Origin: a virus
Virus record (IMG/VR): IMGVR_UViG_3300034954_001721
Direction: 5' to 3' (one strand)
Length of the DNA: 64,000 nt
The position numbers and the translations under genes were made by a program. Below are positions 8,980-17,767 of the stretch, in pieces. The stretch's first letter is position 1. Every line of letters begins with the position of its first letter. A model generated the notes under the pieces. It worked only from the letters and a program-made list of their open reading frames with translations. It ran no database searches and had not been told where the DNA came from.

Positions 8980-9696
8980 ATGCCTTTACCAAAAATTAAT
9001 ACACCAACTTATGAGTTGGTGATTCCTTCAACTGGAAAAAAAGTTAAGTATAGACCTTTTCTAGTCAAGGAAGAAAAGATTCTTATTATGGCAATGGAAA
9101 GTGAAGATACTGTACAAATAACTAATGCCGTTAAAGATGTAATTAAAAGTTGCATTAGCACCCGTGGTGTTAAAGTTGAAGAACTTGCAACATTTGATAT
9201 TGAATATTTGTTCCTCAATATTCGTGGTAAATCTGTAGGTGAAGAGGTTGAAGTTCTTGTAACTTGTCCTGATGATGGTGTAACAAAAGTTCCAACAACG
9301 ATTGCACTTGATGATATTATGATTCAAGTTGATGAAAATCATTCTCGTGATATTAGATTAGATGAGAATCTAACTTTGAGAATGAAGTATCCATCAATGG
9401 ATCAGTTTGTGAAAACTAACTTTGCAATGTCCGATATTAATGTAGATGATACCTTTGAAATTATTGGTTCATGTATTGAACAAATTTATAATGAAGAGGA
9501 ATCTTGGTCTGCAAAAGACTGTACCAAGAAAGAGATTCGTGACTTTCTTGAGCAACTTAGTTCTAAGCAATTCAAAGAAGTTGAAGATTTCTTTGTAACC
9601 ATGCCAAAGTTGTCTCATACTATTAAGGTAAAAAATCCTAACACTGAAGTTGAAAATGATATCTTATTGGAAGGGTTAGCATCTTTTTTCGCATAA
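8980..9696 (+). CDS. g26: Baseplate hub assembly protein gp26
   Basis: MPLPKINTPTYEL...YRPFLVKEEKIL, DIEYLFLNIRGKSVGE; late promoter CTAAATA at 8948-8954. Confidence 0.9.
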   Translation: MPLPKINTPTYELVIPSTGKKVKYRPFLVKEEKILIMAMESEDTVQITNAVKDVIKSCISTRGVKVEELATFDIEYLFLNIRGKSVGEEVEVLVTCPDDGVTKVPTTIALDDIMIQVDENHSRDIRLDENLTLRMKYPSMDQFVKTNFAMSDINVDDTFEIIGSCIEQIYNEEESWSAKDCTKKEIRDFLEQLSSKQFKEVEDFFVTMPKLSHTIKVKNPNTEVENDILLEGLASFFA

Positions 9697-9698
9697 GT

Positions 9699-9878
9699 AT
9701 GGCTCATACTGACCTTGAGTCATACTTCCGAATTAATTTTGCCTTGATGCATCATCATAAATACTCTTTGACAGAGTTAGAAAATATGATACCTTGGGAG
9801 AAAGAAATTTATCTTACTTTCCTCCAACAGTATATTGAAGAAGAAAACCTGAAGGCACAACAACAGCAGAATGGTTAA
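9699..9878 (+). CDS. g51: Baseplate hub assembly catalyst gp51 (59 aa, absent from ORF track)
   Basis: Hand translation MAHTDLESYFRINFALMHHHKYSLTELENMIPWEKEIYLTFLQQYIEEENLKAQQQQNG*. Confidence 0.85.
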   Translation: MAHTDLESYFRINFALMHHHKYSLTELENMIPWEKEIYLTFLQQYIEEENLKAQQQQNG

Positions 9879-11319
9879 TTCAGCACTAATAGGAAGAAGA
9901 ACAACAATATCTGCTGCTGCATTTACTGGTAGGGCAGTTGCTCCTGGTGCTGTTGCACAACCAGATCCTACTACAACTGCATTAATTAATAAGAATTCAT
10001 TACAGTTAGGTGTTGTATCCAATCAAATACAAAATTTGACTGCCCAAGTGAATTCTTTGTCGGGTTCTATGACTGTGATTGCTAATAGTTTAGCAACATC
10101 TCAAGCATTAGAAAGAAGAAAGGAACAGCAAGAATTATTACTTGAGAGAAGATTAGCAGAACAACAACTGAGAGAAGGTAAAGAGTCTGCAATTGAGAAA
10201 AAAATACAAACAAAAACAATTGCACCTGCAGAGAGATTATCAGGCAGAGCACAAATTACTTTAGGAAGACTTGGTAACTTCTTCTTTACATTATTAGGTG
10301 GATGGTTAGCAATAAATGCAATAAAAGTATTAAATGCTCTCAGTGATGGAAACGAAAAAGAATTAAGAAGATTACAAGATAGTATTGTATCCAATCTAGT
10401 TAAGATTGGATCTGTAATGCTAGCAGGTAAAGCAGCATTAGCATTACTCACTTTAAGATTTAAAGCTTTTGCTCTTCTTGCTGGTGGTGCTGCTATAGCA
10501 AATTATTTCTCAGATCCAATTGCACAGTTTATCAATACAGTAATTGAAGCTGCAAAGCAGGGTCTTCCAGGATTATTCAATTTATTTAAGGGAGCTCCTA
10601 TAGATGATCCAACAACACCCCCTTCTAAATTAAATTTACCAGATACTCCAAATGGCAATGAAAATAATGGTAATAATCAGCAAGAACCACCTGATGAAGG
10701 ACCTCCACCAATAGAAGGTCTTGATCCAACGACGCCACCAGATAATCTAAATGGAACTGGTGGTCCATCTTTAGATCCAAATATACAACCAATTACTCCT
10801 GTAATGGGTAGACAACCCATGTCAGCAGGTCAACTGGCAGGCAATGAGGAAGGAGCACCAATAGATCCAGATGTACCAGCGGAGTATGGTGAAACTGAGA
10901 TGAATGTTAATGTAGAACCAGCAAATGTTCCTATTGAAGGTGACCCCTCTGCCGGATTAGAACCTGGTCAGATTACACAAGGTGACACTACATTATCGGA
11001 TATGGGATATAGTGTCGGTGAGATACAAAGATTTGTAGACCAGGAGAAATATATTGGTAGAACAGGACAACTTCCTGCAAATATGTTTACTCCTATAAGT
11101 AGAGATGATTCTGTTGCAAGAACTATAGCACAATCAACTGAACCAGGTGTAACGGTTGTCCCCATACCTATAGAACAGGCGCAAGCACAAGAAACACAAC
11201 CAATTGAGACTCCTGCTGCTCAGGGTGCCATTTCTGGTGTTCCAAATATACCAACTGCAAATAAAGATAACATTTATCTGCTTGGTGCATATTCTAACTT
11301 TAACGTGGTACCTAGCTAA
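9871..11319 (+). CDS. Tail protein, tape-measure-like (coiled coil, hydrophobic helices, Pro-rich C-half)
   Basis: Position after g51; long helical N-terminus with hydrophobic stretches. Confidence 0.55.
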   Translation: MVNSALIGRRTTISAAAFTGRAVAPGAVAQPDPTTTALINKNSLQLGVVSNQIQNLTAQVNSLSGSMTVIANSLATSQALERRKEQQELLLERRLAEQQLREGKESAIEKKIQTKTIAPAERLSGRAQITLGRLGNFFFTLLGGWLAINAIKVLNALSDGNEKELRRLQDSIVSNLVKIGSVMLAGKAALALLTLRFKAFALLAGGAAIANYFSDPIAQFINTVIEAAKQGLPGLFNLFKGAPIDDPTTPPSKLNLPDTPNGNENNGNNQQEPPDEGPPPIEGLDPTTPPDNLNGTGGPSLDPNIQPITPVMGRQPMSAGQLAGNEEGAPIDPDVPAEYGETEMNVNVEPANVPIEGDPSAGLEPGQITQGDTTLSDMGYSVGEIQRFVDQEKYIGRTGQLPANMFTPISRDDSVARTIAQSTEPGVTVVPIPIEQAQAQETQPIETPAAQGAISGVPNIPTANKDNIYLLGAYSNFNVVPS

Positions 11320-13247
11320 TGTTAGCACAACAATCACTATTTAAAAGCGGCACTAGTATTACCAACATTCAGAAGTCTTTGAACAGTTTTGGTGTTGGAC
11401 TCAGAAAAGCTAATAATACATCTTCAGTAATCATACGTGGACTTGTAGAAGGAAATAGGGAAAAAGAAAAAGCAATTAGATCAAGACTAGGTGTATTTGA
11501 AAAGAGAAGAGAAGCAGTAAGAAGAAGAGAAAGGGAAGATATAATTGAAGCAGGAAAAGTTCAGTCATTAGGAATAGGTTCTGCAACACAAAAAGCTGTT
11601 ACATCAAGCACTCAAGGATTCTTAGGAAGAGTCATGAAGTTTGTTGGAACTATTTTTGTTGGATGGTTACTTACAAATCTTCCGAAAATTATTAAAGGTG
11701 CGGAAGAACTAATCACTAAGATGACAGTTGTTTATAATACTCTTCGTGGTTGGGTTGATAACACGACAAATTTCTTTAAAAACTTTAATCTTTCACTTGA
11801 TGGTCTTTATGGGCGCATTTTTAACCCACGAGAGGATGATGTTAGACAACAAGAAAATCAATTTAACTCTGCCAATTCTGATGTTGAAAATGCAGTCAAT
11901 AGTATGTTTTTGGATTTGCAGAAGGGAATAACAAACTTGAGAGATTTTGATTTACTTGCTATTATGAGAAGCATGTTTGTTTCTAATAATAACAATAACA
12001 ATAATAATCGTAGTACTTCTGGTGATGCTGCTACGGCAGGAAAATATGGACCAATCTTAAATTTAATTGGAAGTGCTGAGGGTGGATATACTTCTATTGC
12101 ACCAAACGATAAGAATGATAATCTAACAAATATGACGATTGCTGAAGCAGCAAATGCAAAGGGTGAAAATGGTGGCACTGGTGCAATTGGCAAATATCAA
12201 TTAACAAATCCCATTCAGCAAGCAGTTAATGCTGGATTGGATCCAGAAAAAGATTTATTTAATGAAGAGAATCAAGATTTAATTGCAATATCTTTGATTA
12301 AGGGTAGAGGAATAACTGCCGATATGATTATAAATGATCCTATTAGGGCAGCAAGTCTTCTTGCAATGGAATTTGCTGGTATTCCAGTATTAGCAGATCA
12401 ACAAGGATACGTGCAGTCTGTTCAGAGGGGTCAAAGTTATTATAGAGGATTCAATGGCAATAAAGCTACTATTGCACCAGAAGACGTTGAAGCAGCATTC
12501 AAACAGTTTGGGCAAACAGGAAAACTAGATTTAAGTAAAAGATTTACTAAAGGAGAAGATGTAAGTGCATTAGGTGCTCCAGCAACAATCACATCAATTA
12601 AAGGTGCTTTTGAAAACTTTAGAACAAAACCTCATGGTGGTCTTGATATTGGATGTGCTGCTGGTCTTTATATTGCATTAAGAGCTGATTGTGAAGTTGT
12701 TGGGACAAAGGATGATCCTGGATATGGTCTTGTTATTGACGTATGGGTGCCTTCGGTTGGTGTTCAACTTAGATTTGCACATAATAGTTCAATCATTATC
12801 AAGTCTGGTGCTATTCCAGCAGGAACTTCTTTTGCTGTTACTGGTAGCACTGGCAAGTCTACAGGACCACATATTCACTTGGAGGCATCAACAGAAAAAG
12901 GTTCTACAAACTACGGTGGCAATACATCACCAGATCCATACGTTGGATTAATTATGCTTTCTGCTGCTCAAATTGATAGAAAACCAGGACAAATACCAGA
13001 TCTTAGTGGTCGCGGTGGTCCTTCTTTAGAGGGAATAGGTATGAATGATATTGGTAGTACGGTTGCAACTTCCAGAAATAAAGGTTCTGTCATCCCTGTA
13101 CCAATTCCTGTGGGAGGACAGCAATCTCAATCGCCTGCAGTAGTAATGTCTGGTGGTGGAGGTAATGGTGGAACAAAAACTGTTGTCGTAAATGAGTTAA
13201 ATAGTTTCATCACAAATAATCTTCTTAGAGAGTTAGAATATACATAA
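11319..13247 (+). CDS. Tail-associated protein with lysozyme-like and M23 peptidase domains
   Basis: SAEGGY...AIGKYQL...EFAGIP (lambda-lysozyme-like); HGGLD, FAH, STGPHIHLE (M23 zinc motifs); coiled-coil N-terminus. Confidence 0.8.
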   Translation: MLAQQSLFKSGTSITNIQKSLNSFGVGLRKANNTSSVIIRGLVEGNREKEKAIRSRLGVFEKRREAVRRREREDIIEAGKVQSLGIGSATQKAVTSSTQGFLGRVMKFVGTIFVGWLLTNLPKIIKGAEELITKMTVVYNTLRGWVDNTTNFFKNFNLSLDGLYGRIFNPREDDVRQQENQFNSANSDVENAVNSMFLDLQKGITNLRDFDLLAIMRSMFVSNNNNNNNNRSTSGDAATAGKYGPILNLIGSAEGGYTSIAPNDKNDNLTNMTIAEAANAKGENGGTGAIGKYQLTNPIQQAVNAGLDPEKDLFNEENQDLIAISLIKGRGITADMIINDPIRAASLLAMEFAGIPVLADQQGYVQSVQRGQSYYRGFNGNKATIAPEDVEAAFKQFGQTGKLDLSKRFTKGEDVSALGAPATITSIKGAFENFRTKPHGGLDIGCAAGLYIALRADCEVVGTKDDPGYGLVIDVWVPSVGVQLRFAHNSSIIIKSGAIPAGTSFAVTGSTGKSTGPHIHLEASTEKGSTNYGGNTSPDPYVGLIMLSAAQIDRKPGQIPDLSGRGGPSLEGIGMNDIGSTVATSRNKGSVIPVPIPVGGQQSQSPAVVMSGGGGNGGTKTVVVNELNSFITNNLLRELEYT

Positions 13248-14566
13248 TGCCAAGTAAAAAAGCGTCAGATCCATCAGAATACATAGAAGTACTCATTGAA
13301 TCTAACGATAAATCCCAGAGTGCTGATTTAAGACTTGGTGTCCAGTCTATAAATTATTATGAAGACATTTTTTCACCAACGATTACAGCAAAGATTATTG
13401 TTACCACTACTGGTAATGCCTTTGATGGTAAAGGAATTTATCAAGGACTTCCATTAAGAGGTGGAGAAAGAGTATCTCTCAATATTAAAGGTAATGCAGA
13501 AAGTCCTGGATTAAACTTTTCAAAAAATACTGATGATTATTTGTATGTCTCAAGTATAACAAATATTATCAGTGAACCTCAAGTTGAGACATTTGTTCTT
13601 AATCTTTGTTCTAGAGAAGCGATTACAAATGAAACGACAAGAGTAGTAAAGAAATATCCATCTTCTTCACCAATATCTGGTTCTGTAGAATCAATTTTGA
13701 CGGAACTTATTCAAACAAGAAAACCAATTGATTCTGACCAGACTTCTAATAAGTATGGTTTCATTGGAAATATGAGAAAACCTTTCACCGTACTTACTTG
13801 GTTAGCATCCAAGGCAGCACCAGAATCTGGTATTGCTGGTTATGTGTTCTATCAAACTCAAGACGGATACAAATTTAAATCTCTTGATAAATTAATTACT
13901 CAGGAACCAAAAGATAGATTCTATTATACAACAGTTACCGATGGTAATGCACACGTTGGGTCTGTATTTGGTGAAGATAAAATTATAATGGCATATGTTA
14001 CTAATAGAAATCAAAATATGCTTGAAAAATTAAGACTGGGTTCTTATTGTTCTCATCGTGCATATTTTGATCCACTTACATTTAGAGTAACTCCACCAGA
14101 GAAAAGAAGATTTACTATTGACGATTATGGTAAAGTAAAAAATCTGGGCAAAAAATTGAAATTGCCAAAGATTAGTGAGACCTCTGATAAGACTTTAGGA
14201 GAAATTCCAACAAGGATGATTACTGGTATTTTAGATAGAGGAACTATTGAAAAAGATGTGAAAAAAGATTTGAATGCAGACCCACTTGAAAATCAATCAC
14301 AATCATTACTTAGATATAATAGTCTATTCACACAGACCTTAACAATTACTATTCCTTCAAATACTAATTTGAGGGCAGGTGATATTATTGAATGTTCTTT
14401 TCCAGTTACTTCAACAAAAAAAGAAAAAGAATTTGACCAGGAGCAAAGTGGTCTATATATGATTAAAGAGTTATGCCATCAATTCAATGCAGAGGGGTCA
14501 TATACCTCTGCAAAGTTGATTAGAGATACATTTGGTCAATACGGAACAAATAACAAAGAGAACTGA
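13247..14566 (+). CDS. Baseplate hub protein (gp27-like)
   Basis: YYEDIFSP, LPLRGGE, FYQTQDGYKFKSLD, LRAGDII, SGLYMI..LCH; precedes g5. Confidence 0.65.
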   Translation: MPSKKASDPSEYIEVLIESNDKSQSADLRLGVQSINYYEDIFSPTITAKIIVTTTGNAFDGKGIYQGLPLRGGERVSLNIKGNAESPGLNFSKNTDDYLYVSSITNIISEPQVETFVLNLCSREAITNETTRVVKKYPSSSPISGSVESILTELIQTRKPIDSDQTSNKYGFIGNMRKPFTVLTWLASKAAPESGIAGYVFYQTQDGYKFKSLDKLITQEPKDRFYYTTVTDGNAHVGSVFGEDKIIMAYVTNRNQNMLEKLRLGSYCSHRAYFDPLTFRVTPPEKRRFTIDDYGKVKNLGKKLKLPKISETSDKTLGEIPTRMITGILDRGTIEKDVKKDLNADPLENQSQSLLRYNSLFTQTLTITIPSNTNLRAGDIIECSFPVTSTKKEKEFDQEQSGLYMIKELCHQFNAEGSYTSAKLIRDTFGQYGTNNKEN

Positions 14567-17142
14567 TGTTAGAGGAGTCATTACTAAAAACTAATTTTAT
14601 TGGTAGAGACGGATTCCGATGGTGGATTGGACAGACTGCTCCTGCTTCTGCACAAGGTAATCAAGCAAATGGTGGCGGATGGGGAAATCGTTTCAAAGTT
14701 CGTATTTTTGGTTATCATCCATATACTACTGTTGAACTTCCTGATGAAGATTTGCCTTGGGCGATTGCAATTCTTGGTTGTACTGATGGTTCTGGTGCTT
14801 CAAATAGAGCTACGTCTGTAAAGATTGCACCTGGTGATACTGTATTTGGTTTCTTCCTTGATGGTGATGATGCACAGCAACCTGCAATTCTTGGTGTTTT
14901 TGGTAGAACAGACCAGGTTCCATCATCAACGTACAAGAATCCATTTGAACCGTTCACTGGATTTACAGGCAGAATCAAACCTGCAGCTGGTGGAGTTATT
15001 GTACCAAATCAAGCAAACGAACAGACCACAACAGCACAAAAAGCACCACGTTCAGTTGATAAACAAACTGCCGATAAACTGAATAAACAGGCAGAAAGTT
15101 CTACTCAAACTGATGAAGTTCTTGCGGCAGAAGACGCCGCTTTAGCAGAAGCACAAGCAAAAGAAAAGGCAGCAACTACAAAAGAAGTTTCTTCAAGTCG
15201 TGCTATTGGTAAAAAAGTTACTGCTGCAAATGCTAATGAAGATAGTGCTGTTGCAAGAATAAAGAATGATGTTGATAATTTTACTAAGAGTGTAGCAGAA
15301 ATTACAGGAAGCATTCAAGGTGCTGTTAATGGTGCAAATGAATTTGTAGGAAAAAAGAAGCAACAATTATTTGAATTAATTGATACTCAAACTGCCAATA
15401 TTCAGAAGGGCAGTGCTCGTATGATTCAAGATATAACTACAAATTTATCGAATGTTCTTGTACCAACTCTAAATTTTGGTCTTCAAGCATTATATGATTC
15501 TGTATATGCAGTAGTTTTTGCTGCAACAGGAAGCGATCCAGCGGCAGATACTGCAGGAATAATTGCACAAGCAACACTCATTGGTCCAGTAAAGGAAATT
15601 TCGGATGCAATACCTTGTATTGCTAATAAAGTTATAGCAGGTATTGGAGATGTAATTAAAGGAGTTCTTCAGAGTGTTGCTGATAATGTTACAAATTTTG
15701 TTTCATGTATTGGAGACCAGGTTGTTGGTGCTTTAATGAATCACATTATCGGTGGTGTGACAAGTTTCCTTGGACCTTTGATGGCAGGTGTCGATAAAAT
15801 TCTAATGGGATTTGACATCGGTACTTGGTTAGGTGGAACGGGTAGTGCAATCTTAGGTATTGCACAAGAACTTGGATGTAATCAGATTGCACCAGAATTT
15901 GACCTTGCATCAGATGAGTGGGTAATTGGAAAAGGATTTAGTGATGAGGATGGTGTTCCTGTAGATGAAATTTTAAATACTGCAAATGAAGCGTTAGCGG
16001 TTGCTCAGGATTTATCTGCGCTGCCAATTGATTTGGTTCAAGATATTGCTTCCATCACTGGATCATTAGGATATTTTGATTTTATGAATCCAAGTGTATC
16101 AACACCAGGATTTGAAAGTCCTCTGAGTAAGTGTTACGCAGGACCACCAGAACTTGGTGGATGTGGTGGCACAAAAGTTAAAATTTTTGGTGGTGGAATC
16201 AAAGGTGTTGGTGGCATTGCAAATGCAATTGTTCAGGTTGCTCAAGGTGGACAAGGACTTACAGGTAGTGTGATTGGTGTAGATCTTGTTAATGGTGGTG
16301 GTGGATATACTTTCCCACCATTTGTTGAACTTGTTGATGAATGTGGTGAAGGTTATGGTGCCACAGCAAGATCAGTTATTGATTATGATCCAGATTCTCC
16401 TACCTATCAACAAATAACTGACATTTACATTGTTACTGAGGGTGAAAATTATACACCAGATAAAAATATTCCAGTTGACGATGACTTTATTCTTGATGAT
16501 GAAAAAGGACCCATTATTATTGATGGTGGAGAAAATTATGAAGATGAGGATATAATTACTGATAGTGCTGGAAACGAATATGATATTAAGATTGACAATA
16601 CTGGCGCAATAACTAAGATTGCTCCCAGAATCAATAATGAATATCCTAGTTTTACTGAATCACTTGAATATACAGTTAACACTATTACTGGAAGTGGTGC
16701 CAAGATAGCACCTAGAATTAAGAAGAGACCTATCACACCTCAAGGTCAAGTTAAACAGGTCATTGATTGTATTTCTAAGGATGATGATTTTGTTGGATAT
16801 GTCAATGGTGAAAAATATTATGGACCATTCCATGTACATCCAACAAATGGAAGAAAAATGGTGGGTGCTACACACGTATCTACACCTCATCAATACATTT
16901 ATGATTCTCCAGAAGAAAGTCTTGGTTCTCCACAACAAATAGTTAGTACAACTACTCAAATACAACAGGTAACTGGAGGAGGTACTCCTACAACTACATC
17001 TAGTACCACCCCTACAACACCTAGCACTAGTGATGGTGAAACTCAAACTCCCTCAGCACCAGTACCAACTCCTACACCAACTCCTACACCACCACCAACA
17101 CCTCCCCCATCTTCACCTCCATCCGGTGGTGGCGGATACTAA
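14566..17142 (+). CDS. g5: Baseplate central spike gp5 (N-terminal OB domain) with long extension
   Basis: FRWWIGQ...RFKVRIFGYH...LPWA...VFGFFLDG..AQQPAILG. Confidence 0.85.
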   Translation: MLEESLLKTNFIGRDGFRWWIGQTAPASAQGNQANGGGWGNRFKVRIFGYHPYTTVELPDEDLPWAIAILGCTDGSGASNRATSVKIAPGDTVFGFFLDGDDAQQPAILGVFGRTDQVPSSTYKNPFEPFTGFTGRIKPAAGGVIVPNQANEQTTTAQKAPRSVDKQTADKLNKQAESSTQTDEVLAAEDAALAEAQAKEKAATTKEVSSSRAIGKKVTAANANEDSAVARIKNDVDNFTKSVAEITGSIQGAVNGANEFVGKKKQQLFELIDTQTANIQKGSARMIQDITTNLSNVLVPTLNFGLQALYDSVYAVVFAATGSDPAADTAGIIAQATLIGPVKEISDAIPCIANKVIAGIGDVIKGVLQSVADNVTNFVSCIGDQVVGALMNHIIGGVTSFLGPLMAGVDKILMGFDIGTWLGGTGSAILGIAQELGCNQIAPEFDLASDEWVIGKGFSDEDGVPVDEILNTANEALAVAQDLSALPIDLVQDIASITGSLGYFDFMNPSVSTPGFESPLSKCYAGPPELGGCGGTKVKIFGGGIKGVGGIANAIVQVAQGGQGLTGSVIGVDLVNGGGGYTFPPFVELVDECGEGYGATARSVIDYDPDSPTYQQITDIYIVTEGENYTPDKNIPVDDDFILDDEKGPIIIDGGENYEDEDIITDSAGNEYDIKIDNTGAITKIAPRINNEYPSFTESLEYTVNTITGSGAKIAPRIKKRPITPQGQVKQVIDCISKDDDFVGYVNGEKYYGPFHVHPTNGRKMVGATHVSTPHQYIYDSPEESLGSPQQIVSTTTQIQQVTGGGTPTTTSSTTPTTPSTSDGETQTPSAPVPTPTPTPTPPPTPPPSSPPSGGGGY

Positions 17143-17164
17143 ATATTATTAGGAGGTTCTAGAA

Positions 17165-17767
17165 ATGTCAAATAATTGGGAAGGTAGACAATATATCAAT
17201 CTTGGTCCTAAATTCAGGATTGAAGCTGCAAATCCCCAGACGGGATTTAATGGTGAATCAGTTTATGATATTTACGGCAATAATAATCAAGGTGATGTTT
17301 CCTTGATGGGAATGACCGAGGGTGGAGTATTTCGTCTCTATAATGATAGAACCATTGAGATTATTGGAGGTCAAAATACTGAAAGAGGTGGTGTAGATAT
17401 TTGCATTACTGGTATGAAAGGTAGTGTTCTTATTACTGCCATGGAAAATGGTGATGTCAGAATCCTTGGCAATAACATTGTTATGGAATCTAAGACAGAT
17501 ATTACATTCAAAGCGGGAGCTAATGTGCTCTTTGATGTTGGTGATAAATTTGATATTAAAGCAAAAGAGGCATATTGTGAAGCACCACATTCTTATGGAC
17601 CTAAGTGTATCGCAACAGAAACTAATCTAAAGACTTTCTTGAATCAAGTATATGCTGGTCTTGATGCAGAAAGTATTGCTATTGCCGCGTCTGCTGGTGC
17701 TGGTGGAGTTGGTTCTGCTGCCGCAGTTGCTATTGCAAAAAAAGCTATTGGAGAACTTAAAGCATGA
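17165..17767 (+). CDS. gp5 C-terminal beta-helix-like spike protein
   Basis: Beta-strand repeats (GDVRILGNNIVMESKTDITFKAG); late promoter CTAAATA at 17139-17145. Confidence 0.5.
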   Translation: MSNNWEGRQYINLGPKFRIEAANPQTGFNGESVYDIYGNNNQGDVSLMGMTEGGVFRLYNDRTIEIIGGQNTERGGVDICITGMKGSVLITAMENGDVRILGNNIVMESKTDITFKAGANVLFDVGDKFDIKAKEAYCEAPHSYGPKCIATETNLKTFLNQVYAGLDAESIAIAASAGAGGVGSAAAVAIAKKAIGELKA

